A stretch of 64,000 nucleotides of DNA from Tubiluchus corallicola (GCA_030141605.1 JAQGDQ010002388.1:62001-126000), one strand, 5' to 3'. Shown: positions 1-10,136, numbered from the stretch's first letter. Made by a program: numbers and translations. Notes: a model not told the origin generated them from the sequence alone.

Positions 1-446
1 TTATTGGTGGGTGTGGTACGGGCCAGGGATTTATGATTTCGGTTTCTCAGTATCCCAATGTTTTTTGTGGTCATATTCTCACACCTCTTGACGCTTGGCT
101 GTTTGCGCAGATTAATGGTGGGAATGTGATTGCTCTTCCATTCAATCAGGGGTATGGCTGGGCGGGCGATATCAATCTCCGCTTTGTTTTTGAAAAATTA
201 TTTTCCACTCCTTTCGGCAGCGGTTATCCAAAGGAGCGGCAGGAGCCTCAGCGAAAATCCCGACAATTGCTTTATGATATTTCTCAAAAGACCCATCAGG
301 ATTTTCATACAATTTTACAATTGCTTGATCGTGATTTTATTGCTCATTGTCTTTTATTTCCGGGGATCAGGGCGCTTTTAAATGTTCCTTCAATAGAGGA
401 TTCACATTTACGGGATCATTTAACGAAATTTTATGATGAAAGCTAG
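1..446 (+). CDS. RpiB/LacA/LacB-family sugar isomerase with DUF3666-type C-terminus (DhuI-like); 5' end lies outside the window
   Basis: Frame is open from base 3: IGGCGTGQGFMISVSQYPNVFCGH...DAWLFAQINGGN...GYGWAGDINL. GCGTGQG and GxGWxxxxNL are typical of this RpiB subfamily. The ORF-track start at 33 is internal. Confidence 0.85.
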   Translation, partial: IGGCGTGQGFMISVSQYPNVFCGHILTPLDAWLFAQINGGNVIALPFNQGYGWAGDINLRFVFEKLFSTPFGSGYPKERQEPQRKSRQLLYDISQKTHQDFHTILQLLDRDFIAHCLLFPGIRALLNVPSIEDSHLRDHLTKFYDES

Positions 447-2316
447 CTCTATGGTAAAGTCTGATTGTTTTCACAGAGCCGATCGTTTAAAAAATTATCC
501 GACTGTTACGGCTGCTATTTCTGATGGCGCGATTGATCAATTTGCGTCTATTTCTGTTAGCGAGGCGCTTATTCTTGGCCTTTATAACCAGGGTGTCAGA
601 AAATATATTGGCATTTTTGGCCATGGATCCACGCATATTGGAGATGTTTTAAGACTATATGAAAAAGCCGGCGCGCTGAAAGTTTATAATGTTAGAAATG
701 AGGTGGAGGCGTCGCATATTGCGCTTTTGTTAAAATGGCACTTTCATGAGGAGTGTGCTGTTTTTACTTCGATTGGTCCCGGAGCGTTGCAGGCGTTTGC
801 TGGCTCTTTGGCGCCAGCTTCCAATCATGTTGGTGTTTATTATATATTTGGTGACGAGACAAGTCATGACGAGGGTTTTAATATGCAGCAGATACCCTCT
901 CCGGATCAGCATTCTTTTTTAAAGATGATGTCGATTATGGGCGGGGCTTATGCGCTTCACACGCCTTATGCGATTTCCAGCGCAATGAGAAAAGGTATTG
1001 CTCATATTTTCAATCCATATAAATCCAGCCCCTTTTATCTTCTGATGCCGATGAATATTCAACCTGTATTTATGGAGCGTTTTAATCTTTTGGAGCTTCC
1101 ACTTCCGCCGCAAAAGAGTCGTTTTACTTCTGCCTCGGAAACGCATCTTCATAAGGCTGCCGAGCTGATTAATTCTTATGAGAAGATCACTGTAAAAATT
1201 GGCAATGGAGCGAAATTGATTCCGACTTCTTTGCTGGAGTCTTTTCTTAAGCGGTCTGCTGCTGTTTTAGTTCATGGTCCTTCTTCCACTGGTGTTATCC
1301 CCTATTCTTCTTGCTATAATATGTCAGTTGGGGGTTCTAAAGGTTCTATTAGCGGCAATTATGCGATGGAGAATTGCGAGCTTTTGATTGTGATTGGCGC
1401 ACGGGCTGTTTGCCAGTGGGACAGTTCAGGAACAGCTTTTAAGCATGTTAAGGATATTATTAACATCAATACTGACTTTCATGATGTTATTCATTATAAT
1501 CGTTCTCTTCCTTTATTAGGGGATGCGACACTTATTTTAGAGGCTTTGCTTGAGCATATTGATAAAGAGGCTGAGACTTCGCCATGGCTAAAAGCTTGTT
1601 TTGCGCAGAAACATGCATGGGACGACTTTAAGCAGGAGCGTTATAACACCCCTACTCTCTTTGATAAAAAATGGCAGAAGCACCTGCTCACACAGCCTGC
1701 TGCGATTAAGGCTTGTATTGACTTTGCGGACAGCAAGGGGGCACTGAAGCTTTTTGATGCGGGCGATGTTCAGGCTAATGGTTTCCAGGTTACGGAGGAT
1801 CATTCCCCTAACCAAACAATAACGGATACAGGCTCTTCCTATATGGGATTTGCGAGTTCTGCTGTGATTGCGGGTGGGATTGCGGATCAGGGGCGTTATT
1901 GTATTGCCTTTACGGGGGATGGAAGTTTTATGATGAATCCTCAAGTACTTATTGATGCGGTTGAATTTGGCATTAGTGGTATGATTCTACTGTTCGACAA
2001 CCGCCGTATGGGTGCAATCAGCAGTCTTCAGGAGGCACAATATAATGTTGATTTTAAGACAGATGACACAGTTAATGTTGATTATGTCTTGATGGCGTCG
2101 GCTTTTAAGGGTGTAATGCCTTTATTTGGCGGCTATACTATTTCTTCTTTACAGGATGCTCTTAATAAGGCTTATGAGCATAAGGGATTATCGCTTGTTC
2201 ACATTCCTGTTTACTATGGAGAGGAAAGGCTTGGAGGTTTAGGAGCTTTTGGTTCTTGGAATGTTGGAAACTGGTGTTGTGAAGTTCAGAAAGAAAAGCA
2301 TGAAATCGGTTTATAA
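433..2316 (+). CDS. Thiamine-diphosphate-dependent enzyme, divergent IolD-like (cyclic dione acylhydrolase family)
   Basis: GIFGHG, RNE, TSIGPGA, MQQI and ThDP-binding GDGSFMM...DN motifs; 627 aa. Confidence 0.75.
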   Translation: MMKASSMVKSDCFHRADRLKNYPTVTAAISDGAIDQFASISVSEALILGLYNQGVRKYIGIFGHGSTHIGDVLRLYEKAGALKVYNVRNEVEASHIALLLKWHFHEECAVFTSIGPGALQAFAGSLAPASNHVGVYYIFGDETSHDEGFNMQQIPSPDQHSFLKMMSIMGGAYALHTPYAISSAMRKGIAHIFNPYKSSPFYLLMPMNIQPVFMERFNLLELPLPPQKSRFTSASETHLHKAAELINSYEKITVKIGNGAKLIPTSLLESFLKRSAAVLVHGPSSTGVIPYSSCYNMSVGGSKGSISGNYAMENCELLIVIGARAVCQWDSSGTAFKHVKDIININTDFHDVIHYNRSLPLLGDATLILEALLEHIDKEAETSPWLKACFAQKHAWDDFKQERYNTPTLFDKKWQKHLLTQPAAIKACIDFADSKGALKLFDAGDVQANGFQVTEDHSPNQTITDTGSSYMGFASSAVIAGGIADQGRYCIAFTGDGSFMMNPQVLIDAVEFGISGMILLFDNRRMGAISSLQEAQYNVDFKTDDTVNVDYVLMASAFKGVMPLFGGYTISSLQDALNKAYEHKGLSLVHIPVYYGEERLGGLGAFGSWNVGNWCCEVQKEKHEIGL

Positions 2317-2338
2317 CACTGTATAACTAAAAAAACAA

Positions 2339-2355
2339 GCAAGCCATAGGCTTGC
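2339..2355 (+). other. Intercistronic hairpin just upstream of the SBP ribosome-binding site
   Basis: GCAAGCC-ATA-GGCTTGC perfect 7-bp stem, followed by GGGAG SD; no U-tract. Confidence 0.4.
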
Positions 2356-2370
2356 GACAGGGAGTCAAGT

Positions 2371-3330
2371 ATGAAAAAGTATTTATCTATTCTTTTAGTT
2401 TTAAGCGTCACTTTTTTAACAACAAGTGAGGCGTTTGCGAAGCGCTATAAAATTGGTCTTTCCATGCAGGGATTTAAAGGGATCTTTACGCAATATATTG
2501 TTGCGGGTGCAAAAGAGTTTGCCTCTCAGCATAAAAAGGAAGTTCGTCTTGTTGTTGTGGATGCGGAAGATCGATCTGACAAGCAGGTTGGGCAAGTCGA
2601 GAATTTTGTTGCTGCTAGGTATGATGCTATTATTATCAACCCAGTTGACTCTCAAGGTTCCGCTGCAGCGATTGAGGTTGCTAAAAAAGCGAATATTCCT
2701 ATTATTACAGTAAATACAACTGTTCGTAATCAAGAGAAAGTCTCCGCCCATGTTGGCTCTAACGATGTTCAGGCTGGCGAGTTGCAGATGCAATTTTTGG
2801 TTGATCAGATCAATGAGAAAGGCAATGTTGCTTTTATGCATGGAGCGATGGGTCATTCCGCACAAGTTCAAAGACGCATAGGTTATATGAATATTATTGA
2901 TCAATATCCTGACGTTTCTGTTGTTTTTGAACAATCTGCCGATTGGGCGACTGATAAAGCTATGAATATCATGGAGAATTGGTTGCAAACAGGGAAGTCT
3001 ATTTCCGCTGTTGCTAATAATAATGATACAATGGCGTTGGGAGTTTCCAATGCTGTTGAGGGAAGAGGGAAAACAGATAGTATTATTGTCGCCGGCATGG
3101 ACGCGATTCCCGATGTTCTCAGTCGAATCAAGTCGAAAAAAATGAATGCTACACTCTGGCAGGATGGTATCGGCCAGGGATATCATGCGGCTCGTCTTGC
3201 CTATGAGGCTGCCCAAGGGACTATGATTGCTGACTATAATATTCCTTACGAGTTGATCACACAGGATAATATTGATCATTACATTGAAAAGGCAAAAGAG
3301 CGCGATAATTTAAATAAAAAATATAATTAA
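2371..3330 (+). CDS. Sugar ABC transporter periplasmic binding protein (RbsB/inositol-binding class)
   Basis: Signal peptide ending AFA; DAIIINP, VGSND, NDTMALG and GMDA motifs. Confidence 0.92.
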   Translation: MKKYLSILLVLSVTFLTTSEAFAKRYKIGLSMQGFKGIFTQYIVAGAKEFASQHKKEVRLVVVDAEDRSDKQVGQVENFVAARYDAIIINPVDSQGSAAAIEVAKKANIPIITVNTTVRNQEKVSAHVGSNDVQAGELQMQFLVDQINEKGNVAFMHGAMGHSAQVQRRIGYMNIIDQYPDVSVVFEQSADWATDKAMNIMENWLQTGKSISAVANNNDTMALGVSNAVEGRGKTDSIIVAGMDAIPDVLSRIKSKKMNATLWQDGIGQGYHAARLAYEAAQGTMIADYNIPYELITQDNIDHYIEKAKERDNLNKKYN

Positions 3331-3394
3331 GCGTTACAGTATTTTTGCCCTTTTGAGGGAAGTTGCTCATCTAAGATAACAGCAGAGAGGTTCT

Positions 3395-4888
3395 ATGTCT
3401 GATTTTTATGTAGAGATGCATGCTATTAAAAAAAGCTTTGGAGGAGTTCATGCTTTAAAGGGGGTCGATTTAAAGGTTGCCAAGGGAAGTATTCACGCTC
3501 TTATGGGAGAGAATGGCGCTGGAAAGTCAACATTGATGAAAATTTTAACAGGGAATTATACCGCTGACAGCGGAGAGATTTTCATTGATGGCCATCCTAT
3601 TCGTTTTAAGAAGGTAGCGGATTCTATCAAGCATGGTATATCGATGATTTACCAGGAGTTGAACTTAATTCCTCATATGAGTATTGCGGAGAATATCTAC
3701 ATTGGCAGGGAGCGTCAGAAGCTTGATTTTATTAATTTTCAGCATATGCGTGAAAAAACACAGGAGCTTTTGGATTACCTGAATATTTCCTTATCGCCTG
3801 ATACGCTTGTTCGGGATTTAAATGTTGCAAAGATGCAATTGATTGAGATTGCCAAGGCGATTTCTTTTCAATCGCGTGTTATTATCATGGATGAGCCTAC
3901 TTCCGCTCTTACGGATACAGAGATTCAGTCTTTATTCAAGACGGTTGACAAGCTCAGGAATGATGGTACAACGATTATTTATATTTCCCATAAGTTGGAT
4001 GAAGTATATCATTTATGTGATTCCTGCACGGTTATGCGAGATGGGGAGTTTATCGGCTCTGCCTCTCTTGCTGATCTTCCTATGCCTAAGCTGATAGAGA
4101 TGATGGTCGGCAGGAAGATTGAGGATGTATTTCCTCCGAGGCGCCATCTTCCTCAGCAAAAAGAGGTTGTTTTAAAGGTAGAGAATCTTTCACGCCCTGG
4201 CGAGTTTGAGAATATTTCGTTTGAGCTGCATAAAGGGGAGGTTTTAGGGTTTGCAGGTTTGGTCGGCTCTGGTCGAACGGAAATTGTCGAGACGATTTCG
4301 CAGATTCGGAGGGCCAATACCGGTCGGATTTACAAGGATGGCGCTCCTCTTTCTATTCGCTCTCCAGAAGGTGCGATTAAAAACGGCATTTGCCTCGCGC
4401 CGGAAGATAGAAAGCTTTCTGGTTTAGTTTTAAATATCCCTATTCGAGACAATATCATGATTACTATGATAGAGAAATGTTTAAAAAAGGGATTTTTAAG
4501 CCGTTATTTAGTCAATAAAGAAATCAACAGCTCTATGGAGGAATTTCATGTGAAGGCGCCTGACATGAATGCGGCAGTTAAAACGCTCAGCGGAGGCAAT
4601 CAGCAGAAAGTTCTTTTAGCGAAGACTCTTTTTTCCGATCCTGAGATTTTGATTCTTGATGAGCCCACACGGGGGATTGACATCAAGACAAAGAGTGAGA
4701 TTTATCATATGATTTCCGATCTTTCAGAAGCTGGGCAGTCTATTATCATGGTTTCCTCTGAGCTTCCCGAGATTTTAGGGTTATGTGACAGGATTATTGT
4801 TATGCATGAGGGTCGAATTACGGGCACGTTGGATTATCAGGATGCAACTCAGGAGTCTGTTATGGCTTATGCGATGGATGTTGCTTAA
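3395..4888 (+). CDS. Sugar ABC transporter ATP-binding protein (RbsA/MglA type, two NBDs)
   Basis: GENGAGKST, IMDEPTS, GLVGSGRTE, LSGGNQQK, LDEPTRGID. Confidence 0.96.
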   Translation: MSDFYVEMHAIKKSFGGVHALKGVDLKVAKGSIHALMGENGAGKSTLMKILTGNYTADSGEIFIDGHPIRFKKVADSIKHGISMIYQELNLIPHMSIAENIYIGRERQKLDFINFQHMREKTQELLDYLNISLSPDTLVRDLNVAKMQLIEIAKAISFQSRVIIMDEPTSALTDTEIQSLFKTVDKLRNDGTTIIYISHKLDEVYHLCDSCTVMRDGEFIGSASLADLPMPKLIEMMVGRKIEDVFPPRRHLPQQKEVVLKVENLSRPGEFENISFELHKGEVLGFAGLVGSGRTEIVETISQIRRANTGRIYKDGAPLSIRSPEGAIKNGICLAPEDRKLSGLVLNIPIRDNIMITMIEKCLKKGFLSRYLVNKEINSSMEEFHVKAPDMNAAVKTLSGGNQQKVLLAKTLFSDPEILILDEPTRGIDIKTKSEIYHMISDLSEAGQSIIMVSSELPEILGLCDRIIVMHEGRITGTLDYQDATQESVMAYAMDVA

Positions 4889-4930
4889 TATGTGGCTTAA
4901 TAATTAACAGAATAATAGGGAGAAGACACA

Positions 4931-5869
4931 GTGACAGGGGCACGACTTAAAAATTTTATTTTTTACAATGCTATTTTAGTTGCTTTTATTGCAATTTGCA
5001 TTGTTTTTACATTATCGACGGAATTTTTCTTAACACAGCATAATTTGATCAACATTCTTCGGCAGGTTTCTTTTATTGGGATTGTTGCGCTTGGGATGAC
5101 TCTTGTTATTATCAGTGGTGGTATTGATTTATCTGTTGGGTCTCTTTTGGCGTTAACGGGTGTTATTGTTGCGACATTGCTTCACGTTGAGGGAATGCCT
5201 ATTCTTGTTGCGATCGCTATTACGGTTGTTGCGGGAGCACTTATGGGCATGGTTAGCGGAGTGATTATCGCGTATGGGGATATTCCTCCTTTTATTGTGA
5301 CGTTAGGAATGATGACTATTGCGCGTGGTCTTGCTTTAATTATCAGCCATGGTGTTCCGGTCGGAGAGCTTCCGGAGTCTTTTGTTACTCTTGGTCGCGG
5401 GACATTTTTAGGAATTCCTCTTCCTGTGATTTTTTTCATTCTTTTGGCGATTATGATGGATATTCTTTTGAAGAGGACGCGCACAGGTCGTTATGCTTAT
5501 GCGATTGGCGGAGGCGAAAAGGCGGCTTATGCTTCGGGCATTAATGTTAAAAAGTACAAAATTTTCTTTTATATGATTTTAGGTGCTTTATCGGCATTTT
5601 CGGGAACACTTCTTGCTTCTAGGGTTCAATCGGGGCAGCCGGGCATCGCCATTGGTTATGAGTTGGATGCTATTGCGGCTTGTATTATTGGTGGTGTTAG
5701 TTTTAATGGTGGTATAGGAAAAGTTTGGGGAACTGTTTTTGGTGTTTTGATTATTGGAACGATTAACAACGGTTTAGATCTTATGAATGTTCAAAGCTAT
5801 TATCAGCAACTTATCAAGGGAACGATTATTATTGCGGCTGTTTTTGTTGATAGGAAGCGGCAAGTTTAG
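4931..5869 (+). CDS. Sugar ABC transporter permease (RbsC type)
   Basis: GGIDLSVGS, PPFIVTLG and YELDAIAA motifs; hydrophobic; GTG start after GGGAG. Confidence 0.95.
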   Translation: MTGARLKNFIFYNAILVAFIAICIVFTLSTEFFLTQHNLINILRQVSFIGIVALGMTLVIISGGIDLSVGSLLALTGVIVATLLHVEGMPILVAIAITVVAGALMGMVSGVIIAYGDIPPFIVTLGMMTIARGLALIISHGVPVGELPESFVTLGRGTFLGIPLPVIFFILLAIMMDILLKRTRTGRYAYAIGGGEKAAYASGINVKKYKIFFYMILGALSAFSGTLLASRVQSGQPGIAIGYELDAIAACIIGGVSFNGGIGKVWGTVFGVLIIGTINNGLDLMNVQSYYQQLIKGTIIIAAVFVDRKRQV

Positions 5870-5908
5870 TGTGTCTCTTATTTTAAGCGGAAAGGAAATT
5901 ATAAAATT

Positions 5909-7024
5909 ATGAAAACTGGTCGATTACAAGTTGGTTTTATTGGCCTTGGAAGAATATCTGATCTTCATATTTTAGGCTATCAGGATAGTAATGAGGCGGA
6001 TATTTGTGCGGTATGTGATCCAAATACCGAGACGCTACATTCAAAAGCGAATCAATGGTGCGTTCAAAACCGTTACCAGCATTATCAGGATCTTCTTTTG
6101 GATGATACGATTGATGCTGTTGAGATTTTGACCCCTCAATTTCTTCATGAGGAGATGGTAATCGCCGCGGCAAAGGCTGGCAAACATATTTCCTGCCAGA
6201 AGCCTTTATCGATTGATTACGATTCGGCTGAGCGTATGGTTTCCTGTTGCCGTGAACATGATGTTATTTTAAAGCTTAGTGAGAATTATCTTTATTATCC
6301 ACCGGTTGTTTTGGCGAAAAAAATGATAGATGATGGCTTGATTGGCACGGTAACAAATATCCGTATTAAAATGGTCGCGGGGAGCAATGGTGGCTGGCCT
6401 GTTCCAGAATCCGCTTGGAAATGGCGCGCCAAGGAGGCTCAGGCAGGGCGAGGTACACAAACCTTTGATCATGGCCATCATCTTTGGGCGGTAGCGTGGT
6501 TTTTACTAGGAAGGATAGAGAAAGTAAAGTCATGGATCGATATTGACGAGGAGGGTATTGATTCTCCTGCTTCTATTATGTGGAAGCATGTTGATGCTCA
6601 TAAGTATGGTCAATGTGAGTATGTATACGCGAAAGATCTTCATATTCCTTCGGATTACTATTCCAATGATGAGTGGTTTGAGATCAGTGGCTCTGCTGGT
6701 ATTATAAAAATCAATCGCTGTAATGGTCGTATGATAGACAGCCCGCCTGTTTCTGTTTTTACGAACAGTGGCTGGAAAGACTATGATGTTCCTTCAGATT
6801 GGAAATGGGGATTTTATCATTCGACAAAAAACTTCATTCGGGGTCTTCATGGGAAAGAGCCTATTTTTCCCAATGCGCTAGAGGCGCTGGAGCTTCTTGA
6901 TATTGATCTAGCGATTTCCCAATCGGCAAAAGCTGATAAAACCGTCATGTGTCGTTATGTTCAAGATATTCCTGCAGCACGGCAGCAGCAGAATCTACCT
7001 CCTTCTTTCAGCCGTGTCTCCTGA
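5909..7024 (+). CDS. Gfo/Idh/MocA family NAD(P)-dependent oxidoreductase
   Basis: GFIGLGRIS Rossmann motif, KHISCQKP (QKP variant of EKP), DHGHH. Confidence 0.92.
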   Translation: MKTGRLQVGFIGLGRISDLHILGYQDSNEADICAVCDPNTETLHSKANQWCVQNRYQHYQDLLLDDTIDAVEILTPQFLHEEMVIAAAKAGKHISCQKPLSIDYDSAERMVSCCREHDVILKLSENYLYYPPVVLAKKMIDDGLIGTVTNIRIKMVAGSNGGWPVPESAWKWRAKEAQAGRGTQTFDHGHHLWAVAWFLLGRIEKVKSWIDIDEEGIDSPASIMWKHVDAHKYGQCEYVYAKDLHIPSDYYSNDEWFEISGSAGIIKINRCNGRMIDSPPVSVFTNSGWKDYDVPSDWKWGFYHSTKNFIRGLHGKEPIFPNALEALELLDIDLAISQSAKADKTVMCRYVQDIPAARQQQNLPPSFSRVS

Positions 7025-7073
7025 TTATTCTGTACGAGGGGATATTTTTTACGGTATAGGAGGATTAAAGTAG

Positions 7074-7110
7074 GAGAAGAGTATGAACATTCATACTCTT
7101 CTCTATTTTT
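7074..7110. terminator. Intrinsic terminator between convergent operons
   Basis: Perfect 14-bp inverted repeat GAGAAGAGTATGAA (7074-7087) / TTCATACTCTTCTC (7090-7103), followed by TATTTTT. Confidence 0.75.
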
Positions 7111-7200
7111 ATGCTTACTTAAACGAGCGTTAAGTATCGGCCGTAGAAACTGTTCGCTCCCCTGCCCTATTTCCTAGCCTTATGTATTTTTTCTGATCTC

Positions 7201-8985
7201 TCAGGAATTATTTTGCGGAAAAGATTGTTTATAGAAGTTTGCTAAGGTATGGAAAGCTTTTTTCTTTGTTTTTTTATCCGCGGCGATAAGCCCTTTTCTG
7301 TTATATCCATTTTGGGCAACATTTTGCCGTCTTTCTGCTCTGAAATCATACAATATCCAGGGTGTTACGCCGCATAGCGCGGGAACAGAGGGCAATATTT
7401 TCGCTTGGTTTTCATAAACATCCACTTGCATTTCCTCACTAAACCAGCTATTTTTTGGTGCGTTTGGTCCTATGAGAGCGGAAGCGCCCAGCTCTGAGAT
7501 CACGACAGGTTTATCAGGAGCGGAATTTTCGCAAATTTGAATCAGGTCTGTATATTGTGGAATATACCAACCATAATACTCATTAATACCGATCACGTCG
7601 AGATATTCCGAGAGGCGATCTTTAATCCGTAGATTTTCAAAGTCAATCAAACAAGCCGCTGTCACGAGACGTGTTTTATCCAGCTGTTTTGCTTGTTCCA
7701 CAAGTGTTTTCATAAAATGCAGTCTGATATCTGTATCGGCGTTTTCATTACCAACGCTCCAGAAAATAACGCTAGCTCTATTGCGATCTCTTAGGATCAT
7801 TTCACTCAGTTGGTTACAGGCGTTATCCAGTGTTTGTTCATTAGAGAAGTCAATTGCCCAATAGACAGGAATTTCATTCCATAGAAGCATACCGATAGAA
7901 TCGGCGATTGCCATGGCTCGTTCGTCATGGGGATAGTGCGCGAGTCTTACAAAGTTGCATCCGAGTTCTTTTGCATGCTGAAAGCGGCGATAAATATCAT
8001 TTTCATTGGTGACTCTTCCCATTTCTTCATCATCTTCATGGACGGAGATTCCTTTCAGGAAAATAGGCTCTCCATTGAGAAAGAGGTTTGTTCCTTTTGC
8101 GGTGATTTCTCGAAACCCTATTGACTCGCTGATGCAATCTTCTTTAATAGAGAGGGTAACGTCATAAAGTTTTGGAGCGTGAGGGGACCATAGATTAATA
8201 TCGGCTTTAAGCTCCACTTTCCCTTTGCCTTCTATAATGGGAATTTCCATATCAATAGAGAGTTCAGGTATAGAGATGTGCCCTTGTGTTGTAGTGGGTT
8301 GATTCAAGAGGATCTCTGCGGAGATTTTTTTCAAGCCCGTATGAGGAATCAGGGAGACAAAAGCGTCTTTAATATAGACTTCTGGCAAAGAAAAAACACA
8401 GACCGAGCGATGAATTCCGCCATAGTTGAACCAGTCCGTATGGCGCATGGGCACATCTTCCCGTCGTCGATGGTTTCGGACGCAAAACTGAATAGTATTT
8501 TCCCCTTCTGTCAAGTAGGAAGCAATGTCAACGTAAAAGGGTGTAGAAGCACCCTGGTGAAATCCGACGCATTGCCCGTTGATAAAGACAAATGCTTCAT
8601 TAGCGGCTGCGCCTATGCGGAGCATTACATATTTTCCTTTGGGCAGTTCTTGTCGGTTAAATCGTTTACTGTACCATGCTGCTCCTTCGAAATAGTACCA
8701 TTGTGGCTTAGCTGTATTCCAGCATCCCGGGATAGGAAATGTCTCTCCCATAAAAGGGTCGTAATCTCTTGGGACATCCCATTTTTCCATGGGAAGCTGC
8801 TGATAGCTGTACCATTTCTGCCGTAGCCCTTCTTCATGGAGATCCAAAGTAAAGTACCATTCTCCATCCAAAGAGGTTGTTTTTCGATCGGCCATGATCA
8901 CATGGTTTTCTGCGGTTATTTTTTTTTTCATATAAGGTTTGTCAAAATCTTCATCATGAAGGTGAAAATAGGTATCCTCTGCCAT
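7201..8985 (-). CDS. uidA: GH2 beta-glucuronidase / beta-hexuronidase, cytoplasmic
   Basis: DWFNYGGIHR, RLAHYP, WSVGNE (acid/base), ISELGA (nucleophile), NEYYGWY and the uronidase NxKG motif (YNRKG); no signal peptide. Confidence 0.85.
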   Translation of the reverse strand: MAEDTYFHLHDEDFDKPYMKKKITAENHVIMADRKTTSLDGEWYFTLDLHEEGLRQKWYSYQQLPMEKWDVPRDYDPFMGETFPIPGCWNTAKPQWYYFEGAAWYSKRFNRQELPKGKYVMLRIGAAANEAFVFINGQCVGFHQGASTPFYVDIASYLTEGENTIQFCVRNHRRREDVPMRHTDWFNYGGIHRSVCVFSLPEVYIKDAFVSLIPHTGLKKISAEILLNQPTTTQGHISIPELSIDMEIPIIEGKGKVELKADINLWSPHAPKLYDVTLSIKEDCISESIGFREITAKGTNLFLNGEPIFLKGISVHEDDEEMGRVTNENDIYRRFQHAKELGCNFVRLAHYPHDERAMAIADSIGMLLWNEIPVYWAIDFSNEQTLDNACNQLSEMILRDRNRASVIFWSVGNENADTDIRLHFMKTLVEQAKQLDKTRLVTAACLIDFENLRIKDRLSEYLDVIGINEYYGWYIPQYTDLIQICENSAPDKPVVISELGASALIGPNAPKNSWFSEEMQVDVYENQAKILPSVPALCGVTPWILYDFRAERRQNVAQNGYNRKGLIAADKKTKKKAFHTLANFYKQSFPQNNS

Positions 8986-9042
8986 TTTTCCTCACTCTAT
9001 TCTTTTCGCGTTTATTTTCCGGTTCCAAGCTATTTCTTATAG

Positions 9043-10023
9043 TTATTGAGTATCGTATAGAAATGTTTTTGGGTCAATGGCGAGATCTGTTATTTTTAAA
9101 ATATCGAGTGTTTTTGATAGAGGAAAGAGCGGGCTTTCTATTTTCCCTTCTTTCAGGCAGCGTACTACTTCCTGTACTTCGTGAATATATCCATTGGCCA
9201 TAAATGGCAGATGGATTTCTTTCAATTCTTTTGTATTTTCCTGAAAAACTGTGATTGTCTGAGCGGCATGAAAGGGATCATGTATTTTTACATATCCTTT
9301 TTCCCCAGCGATAACAGCATTATTAGGCATCGGGTGAACAATACTATAAGAGAGCGAGGAAGAGGCGCCTGATTCATGTGTAAGCAACAAAGAGCCTGAT
9401 TCATCGATATTATTTTTCCATGAGACATGGGAACGCACCTTTTGTACGGGCCCTAGAAACTCTAATGCGAAAGCAATATTATAAACAGCCAAGTCCAGCA
9501 TCCCTCCTCCACCGAGAGATCGCTCAAAAATACGCTTTGCCCAAGAGAAATGGGGAGGTATTTTTTTGCAGAAATCCGCTCTCATAGATTTGACAGTTCC
9601 GATAGTGCCTTGTTTTACAATTTCTTTTGCTTTAATAACAGCAGGTAAAAATTGGGACCAGTGCGCTTCCATAACAAAGATATTTTTTTCCTGTGCGCGC
9701 TTAATAATTTCCTCTGCTTGTTTTGCGTTCATTGTAAAAGCTTTTTCGCACAAGATGGCTTTTCCATACTGAAGACACAGCAGCATATTTTCATAGTGAA
9801 ACATGTGAGGCGTTGCGATATAGACGACATCTACGCAAGGGTCTGCTAGCATCTCTTCATAAGAGGCGTATGCTTTTTCGACACCGTATTCTTGCGCAAA
9901 GAGAGTTGCTGTTTCTTCTGTTCTTGAGGCGACCGCATAAAGAGACGATTCCTGAGAGTTTTTCAAATCAGCTGCCATAATCTTGGCGATTTGCCCAGTA
10001 CCTAAAATTCCCCATCGTATCAT
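9043..10023 (-). CDS. Gfo/Idh/MocA family oxidoreductase (dihydrodiol/aldose dehydrogenase-like)
   Basis: IRWGILGTGQIA, VYIATPH, LCEKAF, GGGMLDLAVY. Confidence 0.93.
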   Translation of the reverse strand: MIRWGILGTGQIAKIMAADLKNSQESSLYAVASRTEETATLFAQEYGVEKAYASYEEMLADPCVDVVYIATPHMFHYENMLLCLQYGKAILCEKAFTMNAKQAEEIIKRAQEKNIFVMEAHWSQFLPAVIKAKEIVKQGTIGTVKSMRADFCKKIPPHFSWAKRIFERSLGGGGMLDLAVYNIAFALEFLGPVQKVRSHVSWKNNIDESGSLLLTHESGASSSLSYSIVHPMPNNAVIAGEKGYVKIHDPFHAAQTITVFQENTKELKEIHLPFMANGYIHEVQEVVRCLKEGKIESPLFPLSKTLDILKITDLAIDPKTFLYDTQ

Positions 10024-10136
10024 TATTTTCTCCCTCTAATCTATATGATATTTTCTATGATTTCGACTACTCACAGAGTGTGGTTTTTTCATTTGATTCA
10101 ACTATTCTTTACCTGCCATCGGCAGGGCAACAATGG

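Noticed and set aside
2416-3279. 287-aa antisense ORF
   Set aside because: Lies wholly opposite the sugar-binding protein in the codon-mirrored frame; no motifs; explained by the codon bias of the real gene.
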